Shown in pieces: positions 11,401-20,717 of a DNA stretch of 64,000 bases. The translations under genes were made by a program, and so were the position numbers. The stretch spans positions 448,001 to 512,000 of the forward strand of contig CAVXRD010000002.1 in NCBI GenBank assembly GCA_963764165.1. Reading direction: 5' to 3'. Positions within the stretch are counted from its first letter, which is position 1. Each line of letters begins with the position of its first letter. The DNA comes from an uncultured Verrucomicrobiae bacterium. GTDB lineage: Bacteria > Verrucomicrobiota > Verrucomicrobiia > Limisphaerales > Palsa-1400. Under the pieces are notes generated by a model. It did not search any database and was not told where the DNA came from. It saw only the letters and a program-made list of their open reading frames with translations.

Positions 11401-14400
11401 CCCGCCGCGACTTCGATGATGCTCGCGCAACTGCCCGCCATGTTCGCAGTGAGGGCAGCGGACAATTGAGTGAAAGCATTGGACCACGAGGTGCCGCTGC
11501 CATTGCCGGTGGCTGTGGCATCGACGTAGATGATCGGCGTCGGAACGACCGTCAAGGTGGCCGCCGGTGTGGTATAGGTGGTGCCGCCATAGACGCACCG
11601 AACTTGCAGGTTGTTGAGATTGGTGCCGACGTATTCCAGAACCAAAGTTGAAACCCCGCCATTCGTTTGGGTGACGACCGTCGCCCCCATCCAGGAGCCG
11701 TTGGTGAAATTAGTCCAGGTCGTCCCGAAACTATATTGCCACTGGAAGTTATACGAAGCCAAGCCGGTCGCTTGGAAGGTCGCTTCATATCCAAGGCAGG
11801 CAGCCACCGGCTGCGGTGGCGTGCCGTAAGTTGGGCCGCTGCCGGTCCAGGAGGCTGCTTCATAAGCTCCCACATCCACCGTTCCGCCTTGAATGCGCGC
11901 ATTGCCGGCCAGATCCGTTTCACCCGTCACCGTGTAGGCATTGTTCCCGGCGTTGATTGCCGGGGAGTCGGCTGACAACGTGTAATCGCCGTTTAACATC
12001 GGGTTGACATTCATAATGTCATTCTCAAGCAGGGCCTGGGTGTAAGGCTGGGTTAATTGCGATCCGACATTGCCCCAGATGATGCAGTTGGCCAGCGTTG
12101 AAACCGAACGCGTGTAGTTGGCAATGCCTCCTGACAGGTTGCTCACAATCGTGCAATTGACAGCCTCGATGGGCGTATCGTTCATGATGGCTCCCGGCCC
12201 CCCGGAATTCGACGCCATCAAGCAATCCCGGAAAAGCGTTGGAGTTCCAGACACGTAGATGGGAGCCACATCGGGGCTTGAATTTCCAATGAAAGCGCAG
12301 GCGTCAAAAGTTCCTCCCGTGGCAATGTTGACCGGGTCTGAATTATTGATAAACCGGCAATTTGTCGCCGACAGAAAAGCACCAGTGCCCGCCGTCCCAT
12401 ACACACCCGCGATGCAATTGCTGATGGCGGAATTGAGCATGGTGACATTGCCTCCCTCGCATTGAATGGCAGCACCCGCGCCGACGCCGTTGAAGTAGGT
12501 GTTGCTGATGGTAACGGACGAGAACGGAAACATGGTCAGGCTCGACGCCAGGAACGCGCAGTTGCGAATGATGGGTGATCCTCCGTTCTGCTCGATCACC
12601 AGCGACGACGCATTGCCGAAGGTCAAGCCGTCAAGGATGGTATGCTGGCCAAACGTCTCGGCCGTGGTCTGACTCACCGGGGTGCCCGCCGCCGTGGTAA
12701 TTGTAACCGTGTGCGTGGCGGGGTTGCGCGTGGCAGACGTGCCGCCGTTGGTGAACCCGCCGTCGATTTCCACCCCGGGCGGAATGGTCACTCCCGAGAG
12801 CGAATAAGTTCCCGTGGCTACATATATGGCGTCGCAGGAACCGGACGCGCCGATGGCCGTGGCAAGACTGTTGTAGGCGTTCGACCAGGTCGTTCCATTG
12901 TTGGCGCCCTTCGCATTGGCATCGACGTACACGATGGGCTGCGGATTCACGGTGATCGTAATCGAGGGCGAAGTAAAGCTGACCGACCCGGAGGTGATGA
13001 ATCGATAAATATAGCCGCTGAAAGTGGACTGGACGTTTTCAAGGGTCAACGACGAGCCGTTGGCTGTCGTCGTAATGACATCGTTCGCGTCATTGGTCAC
13101 GGTGCCGAATCCCGTCCCCCTGTTCACCTGCCAGGTGACGGACAAGGCGCCCCCGTTTTGATTATAAACGTACATCGGCAGGCCGCCGAAGCGGCAAACC
13201 GAACTGTTGGCCAGCGCATAGTTCAAATACGCGGGCAGGACCGCCCCGCTGCCGAATGCATATGCCCCGATATCCACCACGCCGTTGAAAAGGCGCGCAT
13301 GGCCCAGCAAATCCACCGTCGCCGCGGAAATGCCGTTGGTCTGGCCGGCGCCCACCGCGGGCGAGACCGACGTCAATTGATAATTTCCAACCGCCGGATT
13401 GACGAACACCGGGTCGTAGGAAAGCAGCCCCGGTCCCGAATTCGCATAGTAGAACAGCCCCTGGATGATGCTGTTGGCGAGGGCGGCTGAGCCGGCGAGA
13501 TTCATCTGCGCCTGCTCCACCGTTCGGTCGCTCAACGTTGTCGTGTTTCCCCACAGGATCGTATTAACGATGCTGGCCGAGCCGCTGCCGATCCAGAGGC
13601 CGCCGGTCAGGCCGCTGGCGCTATTGTTGACAACAGTGTCATTAAGAAGATTCACCGCCGACGCGCTGCCATAAATGGCGGACGACGCAGCCGTGCCTAC
13701 GTTTCCGACGACCACGGAATCATTGAGCGAGAGCACGCTGCCGCCATACGCGGACAGAGCACTGAAGCCGCTGTTGTTGGAAATAATGCAGTCCTGCACA
13801 ATCAAAGCGGACTGGCTGGCGACAATCGGCTGGCTGTTCGGCACGGTGTTGCTCGAAATCACGCAGTTGGTCAGGCCCGCCGCCGAATTGGTGAGTGTCA
13901 AGCCGGCCACTCCCCGGCCATTGAGAAACTGGCAGTTGAACAACTGAAGATTCGTCGACGCCTGCACCGCCATCGACGAATTGGTATTGTTGGTGAAGGT
14001 GCAGTTATAGAAGTAGGCTCCGGTGGAATTGCTAATCGATACGGCGAAGTTGTTGCTCACGAACGTGCAGTTTTGAATGATCGGCGCCGCGTTGGAAACA
14101 ATCAGGGCGGGAATGGAAGTGGAAACACCGTTGGCGGTGAGCTGGAATCCATCGAGGACGCCGCTCCCGACAAATGGTTGATTCAGCAAGTTGGTGGCCG
14201 TGACCATGATGCCCTTGGTCGCCGCCGAATTGGTGGTGCTGGGCGCGAGAATGGAGATGTTGGTCAGGAAATTACGCTGGCTCAAGTTGGTTTCCGTCCC
14301 ATTGAATCCCCCGTAAATAGCCACTCCGTCTATCAATTCGACGCCGCTGCCGCATTGGTAAGTTCCTTTCGCGACCCATACTGCGGTGCAAGTGTTGGTT

Positions 14401-17400
14401 ATGCTGGCCAATGCGCTCGGAAGGTTTTTGAAGGCCGTCGCCCAGGTTTTCCCTGTGCCGCCAGCCGCCGCGGCGTTGACATAAACGACGCTGGGCGCAG
14501 TGAAGGTCACAGGCTGTGGATCGAGGGCCACGGCGCCGTTCACCACGGCCTGGAACTCGTAACCGAGAAAGGCATCAGGATTCAGGATGGTCAGCGTGTT
14601 CGTGGGGCCCGATTGTGTGATTTGGATATACCCACTATTTGTCAGCGGGATGGAGACGCTGTTGCTGACGGCATACCATTGATAGGTGTAATTGGACCCC
14701 GTCGCCGCCACGACGGACATGGCCGCAGCCGGATCCGCCACCCCGCAGGTTGAGGCGGTGGTCGATGAGTTGACAAGATTGATCACTCCGGTGCCCGCCC
14801 CTTGGAATTCATAGCAACCAATGTCCGGCAAACCGCCGTTGTATTGACGCGCGTTGTCAAGCAAGTCCAGCTCAGGGCTCGCCTCGTGCGGCGCGCTCGC
14901 GGAACCGGCGTTGATGGCCGGCGACGACGACGTCAATTGATAATTGCCGCCTGCATCGTTGGCGAACAGCGGGGCATAGGAAATGTTGTTGTTCCCGACA
15001 TATTTGGAAAGCCCTTGAATGATTGAATTGGAAACGACGGCGCCGAATTGATCAATTTGCATGGACTCCGTTGTGACCCCGGTCGTGACACTCACGGAAT
15101 TTCCCCAAAAGATCGAGTTCCAAATTGTGATATTGGTGCCAAGGGTGGCGTCCAACCCGCCGGTGGCCTGGTAAGACATGTTGTTGGCGACGGTGCTGTT
15201 GACAATGACAAGATTTGTTCCGTCAAATTGGATGGTTCCTTTTCCGGTCTGGGTGGTGTTGCTGGCGAACAGACAATTGTCAATGACGGCGGTATTCGTC
15301 TCAATGGCAAGCGCAGACGGGCCATTGGTCGTTCTGTTGCCGGTGAAACTGCATCGCACCCACGATGACGGCGCGCCAGTCGAGAGCCGGACCGCGCCGC
15401 AGAGCGTTCCAATATTATTTTCAAAGGCGCAGTCGACGGCGGTAATGCGGGCTCCGTTGGTGCCCGTTATGGCCCCGGCGTTGGTTTTCTCGGTATTGCC
15501 GTAGAAGAGACAGCTTTGCAACGTCACCGCGCCCGCGGTCACCAACGCGGATTTCGGATAGTTAAGAAACTGGCAGTTGCTGAAGGTCACACCCGCGCCG
15601 CCGGCAATGGACGCGCCGTAAGTGTTGCCGGCAACGCTGGACAACACACAATTCTGGACCGTCGGCGACCCGGCGGCAATCAGCACGGCGGGGCCGGCAA
15701 TGGTTTGTTGCAAATAGAATCCATCCACCAACGTGCCGTTCGTTCCGGCGGCGCTTGTGAATTGGAGGGTCGAGCCGTAGCCGGGTTGCAAAATGGTCGG
15801 ATGGGCCTGCCAATTCCGTTGCGACAGGTTGGTTTCAGTTCCGCTAAAGCCGCCGTAGATAAGTTCATTCGGCGACGGTATGAAGGCCCCGTTATTGTAC
15901 GTTCCAGTCGCCACCCAAATCTGTCCGCATCCACCCAAGGACGCAATGGCCACGTTCAAGTCCGTGAACGCATTCGCCCAACTGGTGCCGTCATTGTTTC
16001 CGATGGCTGCGGCGTTCACGTAAACCAGCGCGTTGTATTGGGAGATTGAAGCCGGGGCGGTGACGTACTCCGGCGAAGTGGCGCTGCCAGACTGCCCGCC
16101 GAGATTCCACAGCCGAAATTGGTAGCCGCTCATCGAGAGGGGCGGATCCACGATCACCAACTCAGACCCGGATATCGCAACGTCCTGGTCCGGGAACAAT
16201 TTGGAAACTCCCGTCGGCGAATCGGACGCCGAAGTGTAGGAAGTGGTGCCGTAAGTAACTTTCCCGGTTACGGCTTTGATGATCAAATCCGTGAACCCAT
16301 TGCCATCGAGCGCGTCGACCTGCCAGCGCGCGGATGAATAATTCGGCACGCTCGGCGAGGCGGTGAAAATCGTGGTGGGCATGCCGCCGGTCCCGCATTC
16401 CGTCGTTGTGGCAATGGAGGCATTAAATATGACGGAGGGAGCCGTACCCTGGTACTCATACGCGCCAATGTCAATCACGCCACCAACGATGCGGGGATTT
16501 CCGGCTGCGTCAGTCGAGGTGAACAAGCTGGAGGAATAATTGCTGGCGCCAGCGTTGATCGCCAGCGAGTTGCCGACACCGGAATTTTCGGCGAACGAGT
16601 CGATTTGCAGGGCTTGAATCGGCAGCAACCCGTTGACAAGCGAATACTTGGCGAACTGGATCTGCAATTGCGGGCTGACGTCCAGCGAATTGACGCTCGG
16701 CAGCAAAGTCAGGCCTTGCAAGATGCAGTTCTGAATTTGCGACGCTTGGTTGACTTGTTGGTATTCCAGCGTTCCCGCCGTCACCGATGTGTTGGAATAA
16801 ACAATCGAATTCAGCAACTGGCACGTACCGTTGCCCACGTAGCAAATACCGCCGCCCAGGTTGAGTCCTCGGTTGCCATAGATTGTGCAATTCTGAACGG
16901 ACAGGGAAGCCTGCTGGCTGCCAATTCCTCCCCCAAATCCTCCGCCCGGCGTTATGCTGGTGTTCTGGTAAAATTCCGATCCCCAAATTTGAGATGAATT
17001 ATTGCTGCCCGCGAGATAGCAGCCACCTGTGAGCGTCCCTAGGTTGAAGTCAAAACGACAGTTCTGAACAATGGTAGAACTCCCCGAACTGTACAACGCG
17101 CTGATGCTGGAATTGTTGCTCGTAAAGTTGCAGCCGGAAACGGTGACGGTGGAACCCGAGGTATGCAACGCTCCCTGCGGCGCGTAATTGGCCATGAAGA
17201 AGCAGTTTTCGACCACCGCCGGCCCTGCCGCCGACACGGGGCCTCCCGAGGTATAACTTGCGTTGGAGAACGTCAGCCCTTCAACAACCGAATTGCCGCC
17301 CAGCACCGTCAGCGCATTGGTTTGGTTGTAAGGCTTGATGATGGTCGGATGCTGCGAGGGGTTGCTCTGCGAGGTGGATGTCTCGTTGCCCGCGAATCCG

Positions 17401-20144
17401 CCGTAAATGGAGACTCCAGCCGGTACCGTAAAGTTGCCTGTATACGTTCCCGCCGCCACCCAAACGGAGTCCCCGGGCACCAGCAACGGGCTGATCGAGA
17501 GTGTCGTCGCCGCATTGGCCCAACTGCTGCCGTCGTGGGTGCCACCGGACACGTTACCGTTGACATAGTAAGTGAAGCCGGGAGGATCTTCGCCGGTGTT
17601 CTGGGTCGCGCCCATGTCGCGCCCCGAATAGGAGAAGCCCAGCAAGTCATAGTTCGCCAAAGGCCCCGTCACGGTGTAGGCAAGATTTGAGTTGCCCTTC
17701 CCCAGGCCAGGCGAATTTGGGAAACTTCCCAAAAGCGAGTCCAGGTGCGGATCAATGCTGATATTGCCGTAAGCCGGGTTAAGCATCGTTTCACGATTTC
17801 CTTCGCCGACATTGGGATAACCTGTCCTGCCTTGGAGGGACGGAGGCGAATACCCATTCCAAGTATAGATGGCGCCAACCGGGACAGGAAAATACAAGGT
17901 ATCCGAGCCGCCATAATATCCGGTGGCGTAGCTCGCATTGTTGTCGCCGGCGAGGGGCGTGCTCGAAGGATTGCCGGAAGAATCCACAAATTGCCCGGTG
18001 CCGATTTCCAACCGGCTCAAGCTCTGCACGTCGGAATTGCGGATATCGCAGACCGCCACCCACTGCCAGTGCGAATTTCCCGCCGCATTATAACTCGTCG
18101 CTTCGTTGGCGTTCAAGTCGCTGTATTTGGCCGTGAAAACGTCGATTCCGGCGGCCCCGTTGGAGACCGTGTTGCCCCACAGAATGGAATTGCCGATGAC
18201 CACATTGGCGCCCGTTTCATTATCCACGGCAGCGGCCTGGGTGGCGTCCGCGGTATTGTTGCTGAGGATTGTGCAGTTGATAATGCGCGTCTCCTCCTGG
18301 GCAAAATTAACAATGGCGCTGGCGCCGTAGGCGCAGTTGTTGCTGAAGAAGCCGTCGTTGAACAAAACCGGGGCGCCCATCCCCGAGAAGGCCACCGCCC
18401 CGCCCGTGCTCACCGCGTTGTTGCCCTGAAAAAGGCAATTCTCAATAAATTCATTGTTGTAACAACTCGCAAAAGCCCCGCCCATGCCGAACGTCGTATT
18501 GTTCAGGAATTGGCAATTGTAAAAGACCGTCGGGACGGAGTAATTGCAGAACATCGATTGATTCGCCGCCCAGAGACCCGATGCCGATTGCTCATAGGTG
18601 GGGCCGGGGGGGGCAAAGATGCCCGCGATGATCGAGCTCAGTTCGTAGAGAAGCTCAATCGGATTGGTTCGATCGCTGACCAGCGTGAGGACATCGCTAA
18701 CAGCCACCACCGTCGGATTGTTGGGGCTTACGCCAAGGTATTCAGCGAGAGCGACGGCTCCCTGGCCAGCACTCACCACGGCTGAGGCCACCGCAAAGAC
18801 GGTGCCAAGCGATCCCTCGGAGGCCTCTGCAATGACGCTGGCCAGATCGATGCCGTCATCTTCTGCCGCAGTCGCCGCCAGGCTGTCTGCAAGCGCCACC
18901 CCATAGTTTCCCAATTTGCTCCCGACCACCACCGCCAAATGAATCCGGAGTGAAAGAGGCGGATTCTCGACCAGCGCCACCAATTTGGCAAACCGGCTTT
19001 GGTCCTCCGCAATCTGCGTGTCCAATCCCTCGTTCAATTGCACGATGTAAGAGGCCGCGTTGCCGATGGCGTTGGTGTTCCATGGAAAATCGATGTTGTT
19101 ATATCCCGGCAAACTGATGCATTGGACGGCTCCGCCCGACCGGCCCCCGACGTTTTGCGCAAAGTTACAGCCGTTGAACACGCTGTTTTGATTGCATCCC
19201 CAGAACGCGCCTCCCGAATAGTCCGCCTCGTTCAGCCAGAAAGACGAGTCGATGACGAGCATTTGCGCGCCATAACAAGCCACCGCTCCACCCATCCCCA
19301 CAGCCCTGTCGTTGATGAACAAGCAGTTCTGAACCATGATATCGCCGCTATCATCCTCGCTGGTGATGTCTGGAAAAGACGGATTTTGCCAGTAGTATGA
19401 GACATATTCGGGCCTCTGGTTGTCCACCACCGCCAAACCGCCTCCCGCCACCCGCGTGTCCAGCGCAGTCAGGGGAAAGCCCGGCCCGGTGGAATTTTGA
19501 CTGCTGGGATCCGGCATGGTCATGAGTGGAATTGTCCCCGGATCCACCCCGCTTCCACTCACGTAATTCGTGCCTGGATCCGCGTCTCCATTGGCGATGA
19601 TCAATCCGTCCAGCACAATTTCCGCGCTTGCCCCGTGGCCGCTGGCCGTCACAACATTGTAAGAATTATCCTGAAACCCAGGGTCGGTCGGATCGAACAA
19701 AAGGGAAGCAGGATTAGCCAGCAATGTTTCCGCTGTCACCGCATTGGTGGCGGGCGTCCCAATATCACCGCTCAAGACCGTTTGATAAATGGGCAAGCCG
19801 TTGGTGCCGAACCGTCTCTGTTGGGGATACGATTCCGTGCCCGCAAAGCCACCCCGCACCACCATTCGCGTCGTGAGGGCAAACGAAACAGTTCTGTCAG
19901 TGCCAGAGGTGGGCTTGTATGTTCCCGCCGCGACCCAATATTCCGTTTGGTAAGGATTCCCGCCCCCGTTGGTAATTGCATTGCGCAATTCGTGATAGGC
20001 CGTGGCCCAACTATTCCCGTCCTGTTGGGAATTCGCGCTGCCTTGGTTCACGTAAATGATCCGGTCTTGCGCGCGCGCAAGCTCGGGCACGACAACGCTC
20101 AGCAATAACGCTCCGACGGCTAAAATGCGAATTGGGGTTTTCAT
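5433..20144 (-). CDS. Giant (~4,903 aa) secreted/surface protein: 8 tandem right-handed beta-helix modules with choice-of-anchor-Q-like ends and Ig-like linkers, then MBG/YDG-like and FN3 domains and a Verrucomicrobia-type C-terminal domain
   Basis: Track ORF 5433..20207. The likelier start is ATG 20144 (MKTPIRILAVGALLLSVVVPELARA, signal peptide). Eight copies of YV(N/D)...G..W..A are each closed by a DLxGNxR...D(I/L/V)GxYE-like motif. The C-terminus reads YILQATTNLASW...FSDPASTNRGYRYYRVV. Confidence 0.88.
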   Translation of the reverse strand: MKTPIRILAVGALLLSVVVPELARAQDRIIYVNQGSANSQQDGNSWATAYHELRNAITNGGGNPYQTEYWVAAGTYKPTSGTDRTVSFALTTRMVVRGGFAGTESYPQQRRFGTNGLPIYQTVLSGDIGTPATNAVTAETLLANPASLLFDPTDPGFQDNSYNVVTASGHGASAEIVLDGLIIANGDADPGTNYVSGSGVDPGTIPLMTMPDPSSQNSTGPGFPLTALDTRVAGGGLAVVDNQRPEYVSYYWQNPSFPDITSEDDSGDIMVQNCLFINDRAVGMGGAVACYGAQMLVIDSSFWLNEADYSGGAFWGCNQNSVFNGCNFAQNVGGRSGGAVQCISLPGYNNIDFPWNTNAIGNAASYIVQLNEGLDTQIAEDQSRFAKLVALVENPPLSLRIHLAVVVGSKLGNYGVALADSLAATAAEDDGIDLASVIAEASEGSLGTVFAVASAVVSAGQGAVALAEYLGVSPNNPTVVAVSDVLTLVSDRTNPIELLYELSSIIAGIFAPPGPTYEQSASGLWAANQSMFCNYSVPTVFYNCQFLNNTTFGMGGAFASCYNNEFIENCLFQGNNAVSTGGAVAFSGMGAPVLFNDGFFSNNCAYGASAIVNFAQEETRIINCTILSNNTADATQAAAVDNETGANVVIGNSILWGNTVSNGAAGIDVFTAKYSDLNANEATSYNAAGNSHWQWVAVCDIRNSDVQSLSRLEIGTGQFVDSSGNPSSTPLAGDNNASYATGYYGGSDTLYFPVPVGAIYTWNGYSPPSLQGRTGYPNVGEGNRETMLNPAYGNISIDPHLDSLLGSFPNSPGLGKGNSNLAYTVTGPLANYDLLGFSYSGRDMGATQNTGEDPPGFTYYVNGNVSGGTHDGSSWANAATTLSISPLLVPGDSVWVAAGTYTGNFTVPAGVSIYGGFAGNETSTSQSNPSQHPTIIKPYNQTNALTVLGGNSVVEGLTFSNASYTSGGPVSAAGPAVVENCFFMANYAPQGALHTSGSTVTVSGCNFTSNNSSISALYSSGSSTIVQNCRFDFNLGTLTGGCYLAGSNNSSQIWGSEFYQNTSITPGGGFGGGIGSQQASLSVQNCTIYGNRGLNLGGGICYVGNGTCQLLNSIVYSNTSVTAGTLEYQQVNQASQIQNCILQGLTLLPSVNSLDVSPQLQIQFAKYSLVNGLLPIQALQIDSFAENSGVGNSLAINAGASNYSSSLFTSTDAAGNPRIVGGVIDIGAYEYQGTAPSVIFNASIATTTECGTGGMPTTIFTASPSVPNYSSARWQVDALDGNGFTDLIIKAVTGKVTYGTTSYTSASDSPTGVSKLFPDQDVAISGSELVIVDPPLSMSGYQFRLWNLGGQSGSATSPEYVTAPASISQYNALVYVNAAAIGNNDGTSWANAFTDLNVAIASLGGCGQIWVATGTYNNGAFIPSPNELIYGGFSGTETNLSQRNWQAHPTILQPGYGSTLQFTSAAGTNGTLVDGFYLQQTIAGPAVLIAAGSPTVQNCVLSSVAGNTYGASIAGGAGVTFSNCQFLNYPKSALVTAGAVTLQSCLFYGNTEKTNAGAITGTNGARITAVDCAFENNIGTLCGAVRLSTGAPSSWVRCSFTGNRTTNGPSALAIETNTAVIDNCLFASNTTQTGKGTIQFDGTNLVIVNSTVANNMSYQATGGLDATLGTNITIWNSIFWGNSVSVTTGVTTESMQIDQFGAVVSNSIIQGLSKYVGNNNISYAPLFANDAGGNYQLTSSSPAINAGSASAPHEASPELDLLDNARQYNGGLPDIGCYEFQGAGTGVINLVNSSTTASTCGVADPAAAMSVVAATGSNYTYQWYAVSNSVSIPLTNSGYIQITQSGPTNTLTILNPDAFLGYEFQAVVNGAVALDPQPVTFTAPSVVYVNAAAAGGTGKTWATAFKNLPSALASITNTCTAVWVAKGTYQCGSGVELIDGVAIYGGFNGTETNLSQRNFLTNISILAPSTTNSAATKGIMVTATNLLNQPFVGSGVLDGFQLTANGVSTSIPALIVSNAAPIIQNCTFVSNNFAVSISNSTGAYFYNCTFTNNTNSSMAVQASTNLQLFNCQFLNGRGVAGLTLTNSAAGLTNCVISSNTVPNSQPIVASQSALIVQDCIISNNSGFSALSAYGGSVLSLNDSVVVGNVGTAASSAIYGSASAVNLLNDTVVNNSASGLTGGLWIGSGSASIVNTILWGNTTTLSDRTVEQAQMNLAGSAALANSIIQGLFYYANSGPGLLSYDPVFVNPAVGNYQLTSVSPAVGAGQTNGISAATVDLLGHARLFNGVVDIGAYAFGSGAVLPAYLNYALANSSVCRFGGLPMYVYNQNGGALSVTWQVNRGTGFGTVTNDANDVITTTANGSSLTLENVQSTFSGYIYRFITSGSVSFTSPSITITVNPQPIVYVDANAKGANNGTTWSNAYNSLATAIGASGSCDAIYVATGTYSLSGVTIPPGVEIDGGFTNGGTSATRNPATHTVTITTAAGTPVSQTTAETFGQHTILDGLTFGNASSLVIEQNGGSPIIRNCAFLASSLTMFPFSSVTISNTYFNGVGAGAAIQCEGGNVTMLNSAISNCIAGVYGTAGTGAFLSATNCRFINNSDPVNIATGGTFDACAFIGNSSPDVAPIYVSGTPTLFRDCLMASNSGGPGAIMNDTPIEAVNCTIVSNLSGGIANYTRSVSTLANCIIWGNVGSQLTQPYTQALLENDIMNVNPMLNGDYTLSADSPAINAGNNAYTVTGETDLAGNARIQGGTVDVGAYEAASWTGSGPTYGTPPQPVAACLGYEATFQATGLASYNFQWQYSFGTTWTNFTNGSWMGATVVTQTNGGVSTLVLEYVGTNLNNLQVRCVYGGTTYTTPAATLTVVPTPIIYVDATATGNGSGTSWSNAFTQLSAALTANMAGSCASIIEVAAGTYTSESGPYYVTDGTVLFGGFPPGGSTMAKRNWTTNQTILEIGAGSPYYVMSIVGTTGTNTVVDGFSIYGGQYGIYTSNATPALQNLTVVGSTVGIEAEFPASGIVLSNCALIGCDTGMAGHDGTVTVLNCQFRGNGEYSETAFGAGLSVSQTGANATGSWSFEGCSFSANVAYDGGSAALVNYPATFRDCLFVSNMVDYGSATIQAGSPLTIVNCTIASNTTVYGGPGGGAIGHTNAAQLTIENSILWGNYAPSGEIIASGGTPTAANNIVQNGSGGAYVNVNPLLNTNFTLSSNSPAINDGNNAYSLAGETDIAGNPRVQQGIVDIGAYESAYNGSGTPVHGSAPSSYTACPGGTASFQATGLALYEFQWQYNLGQGWINLTNGTFLDGANVTVTSINGTSTLGLGGIPTNLNGMEVQAVYVDQSYTTPAAVLTVLLPLNIYVDQNAAAGGNGSSWATAYRDLGSALVAVELNGCGGGDIFVAKGTYTTTSNFLVSPHVTVYGGYPSGGGTRNWQANPVILNGAVSNIVVFGSGATNDTVLDGLVVQGKYGSGILVSNATPALQNLALTGAGLSAISVHNSSGLVISNCVFTNNLSAGNGAAINATNSTLAVQSCTFSNNSGANGGALYLGGGALTVYNSLFALNNASIEGGAIQNAGATVALVNCTVASNLAGVYGGGIGQSGGSATILNSILWGNNAASLSASNTQSGNIYVAQGSVSATNDIVEFDTALGGANVLNFDPLFSSGFALSSISPAINAGSNGFVFSGETDLAGNARVQHSVVDLGAYESASTGAGAISVGPAPLSVIACAGGSTAFQASGLPSYAIGWQYSFGGGWTNFASGSWLYGSSAGLASNNGISTLTLSNLSTNLTALQVHAVYSGISYTTAVATITFPPSVLYVDASAATGGNGLTWATAYNDLAPALATAAQNACDNVSIWVAQGTYTASAGYSIPAHVAVYGGFVSGGTLASRNWIANPTMLTNSGGAAAVTVQSTAGSDTVLDGFVVTGSSTGLMISNASPVIRNCQFIANEGIGAELMDGGGAFTNCAFQGNLEGALYATNSEIILADALVAGNAGGLAIINSTGTLVNSTVTANEDVTAGSVFFGGINALGSTLAIENSILWNNRSANPNGASVELQQLTVQQGSVTLAYASIESLATYSGTEVTNLAPAFVTPIDPAQAPSVSGDFQLSPCSPLIGLGSTNFDAGLNSDLAGNAREVGGQIDLGPYEFTGTKSASLLIAAQPQDLYYPTPGSNAFSISAAGDGLTYAWQIAPAGNTNAFTSLAGVPGFTGANSATVTVGSAALAYNGAVVRCQVTSADGCMIDSRQALLSANAITWTNPAAIVYGTALTEAQLNATASGPGAFMYTPSLGTVLPVGTNTLLVTFTPFYPAAYSSLSASVTIVVQTAPSVVTWSNPAPIIYGTPLSLSTQLIATANIQGSFVYLPTNGAMLNVGTYSLTTVFTPLDTNDYTGATNFVDIQVTPAPLSITANSLSKTYGQTLGGGGAQFTSVGLQYGETIGSVTLAIGGNGGAANAPVSGSPYAITPSAATGGTFNPANYAITYNAGALTVNPLPVVLTGTRNYDATTNAIYGILSVSNAVAGDDIIVASGSNGLSSASVGTNAMTSLGTIALGGASVSNYTLAGFSGDVIVTPLPVILTGERSFDGTATAMASILSITNDLDSTNLALDGYAILASTNAGMEAIVNFSPLDLTGSASSNYTLTGASGWITIDRTNSTVITWPTASPIVLGQTLAAATLSGGAATPPGNFAFTAPETTPPLGTSLQSVTYTPFDTNDYVAATNNIEVTVNNFPPSVTTLPASSVTTNSATLNGVVNPQNAPTTVSFVWGTTTNFGNTNMVATLPAETGGYNISNVLAGLQVGTPYFYAIVASNAGGVATGNAVSFTTLAPNFNQITGAHFVNGVFTLEFSGIADSTYILQATTNLASWSSISTNVSPASLRYFSDPASTNRGYRYYRVVAPQAPR

Positions 20145-20536
20145 AAATGGAAATGAAATGAACCTTTCACTTTTGCGCGGCTCTGGTTTTAGGGTTAAAG
20201 ACTCCACAGATCAGCGGAACTTTTTATAATATCCGGACAAAGTCGCCCATCCCCGAATATTCGTGAGGCTCATGGAATCTTTACAACGCCCGGGATCCGT
20301 TTGAGTGGAGGAAACGAATTTGGCAAGAGGAGTCAATCGGCAAACCAAAAAGCTTACGACCAATATCCGTCAACGGTCATTCAACTATAATCGATGCATG
20401 CTGCGCTGGTCGCCAGAGCCCCTGGCCCGGACAATCCACGCGATTGCGTCGGTGTGGATTTGAGCGTGCCGTTGGTGCCCCATTTTAGTGTCCACCGCCG
20501 CCATCACCTCTTCAAACTCCTGTGTCAATACATTAT

Positions 20537-20560
20537 GAATGGAGCCAGTTGACGGATTTG
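20537..20560 (-). repeat. att core, left boundary copy of the tRNA-Thr 3' end
   Basis: gaatggagccagttgacggatttg versus gaatggagccagttgccggatttg at 62411-62434. Confidence 0.92.
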
Positions 20561-20667
20561 GGCTGCGTTCACGATTCAGCTACGAGGAGAATATTGATTC
20601 TTCCCTCCGAGAACCAGCACCATTTGGCTTTACCCCTCCACTACTCTTTCATTACTCCGTCGATGCT

Positions 20668-20691
20668 TTCACTGACAGTTTCACCGACAGT
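20668..20691 (-). repeat. Arm-type repeat set B (ACTGTC(G/A)GTGAA x2), probable integrase arm-binding sites
   Basis: The minus strand reads ACTGTCGGTGAA ACTGTCAGTGAA at 12-bp spacing. The same motif occurs at 23136-23159. Confidence 0.75.
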
Positions 20692-20717
20692 CGCCGCCGA
20701 ATTCAAAGGGATGATCT

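Noticed and set aside
169..20108. Many plus-strand and off-frame ORFs of 60-350 aa
   Set aside because: They are shadows of the two long minus-strand CDSs in GC-rich DNA and show no recognisable motifs.
5433..20144. Repeat modules as a diversity-generating retroelement or shufflon target
   Set aside because: The repeats are highly diverged, and I saw no reverse transcriptase or near-identical template/variable pair.
20365..20374. ATCCGTCAAC matching the left att core in reverse
   Set aside because: Only 10 bp with no arm sites nearby; plausible by chance.
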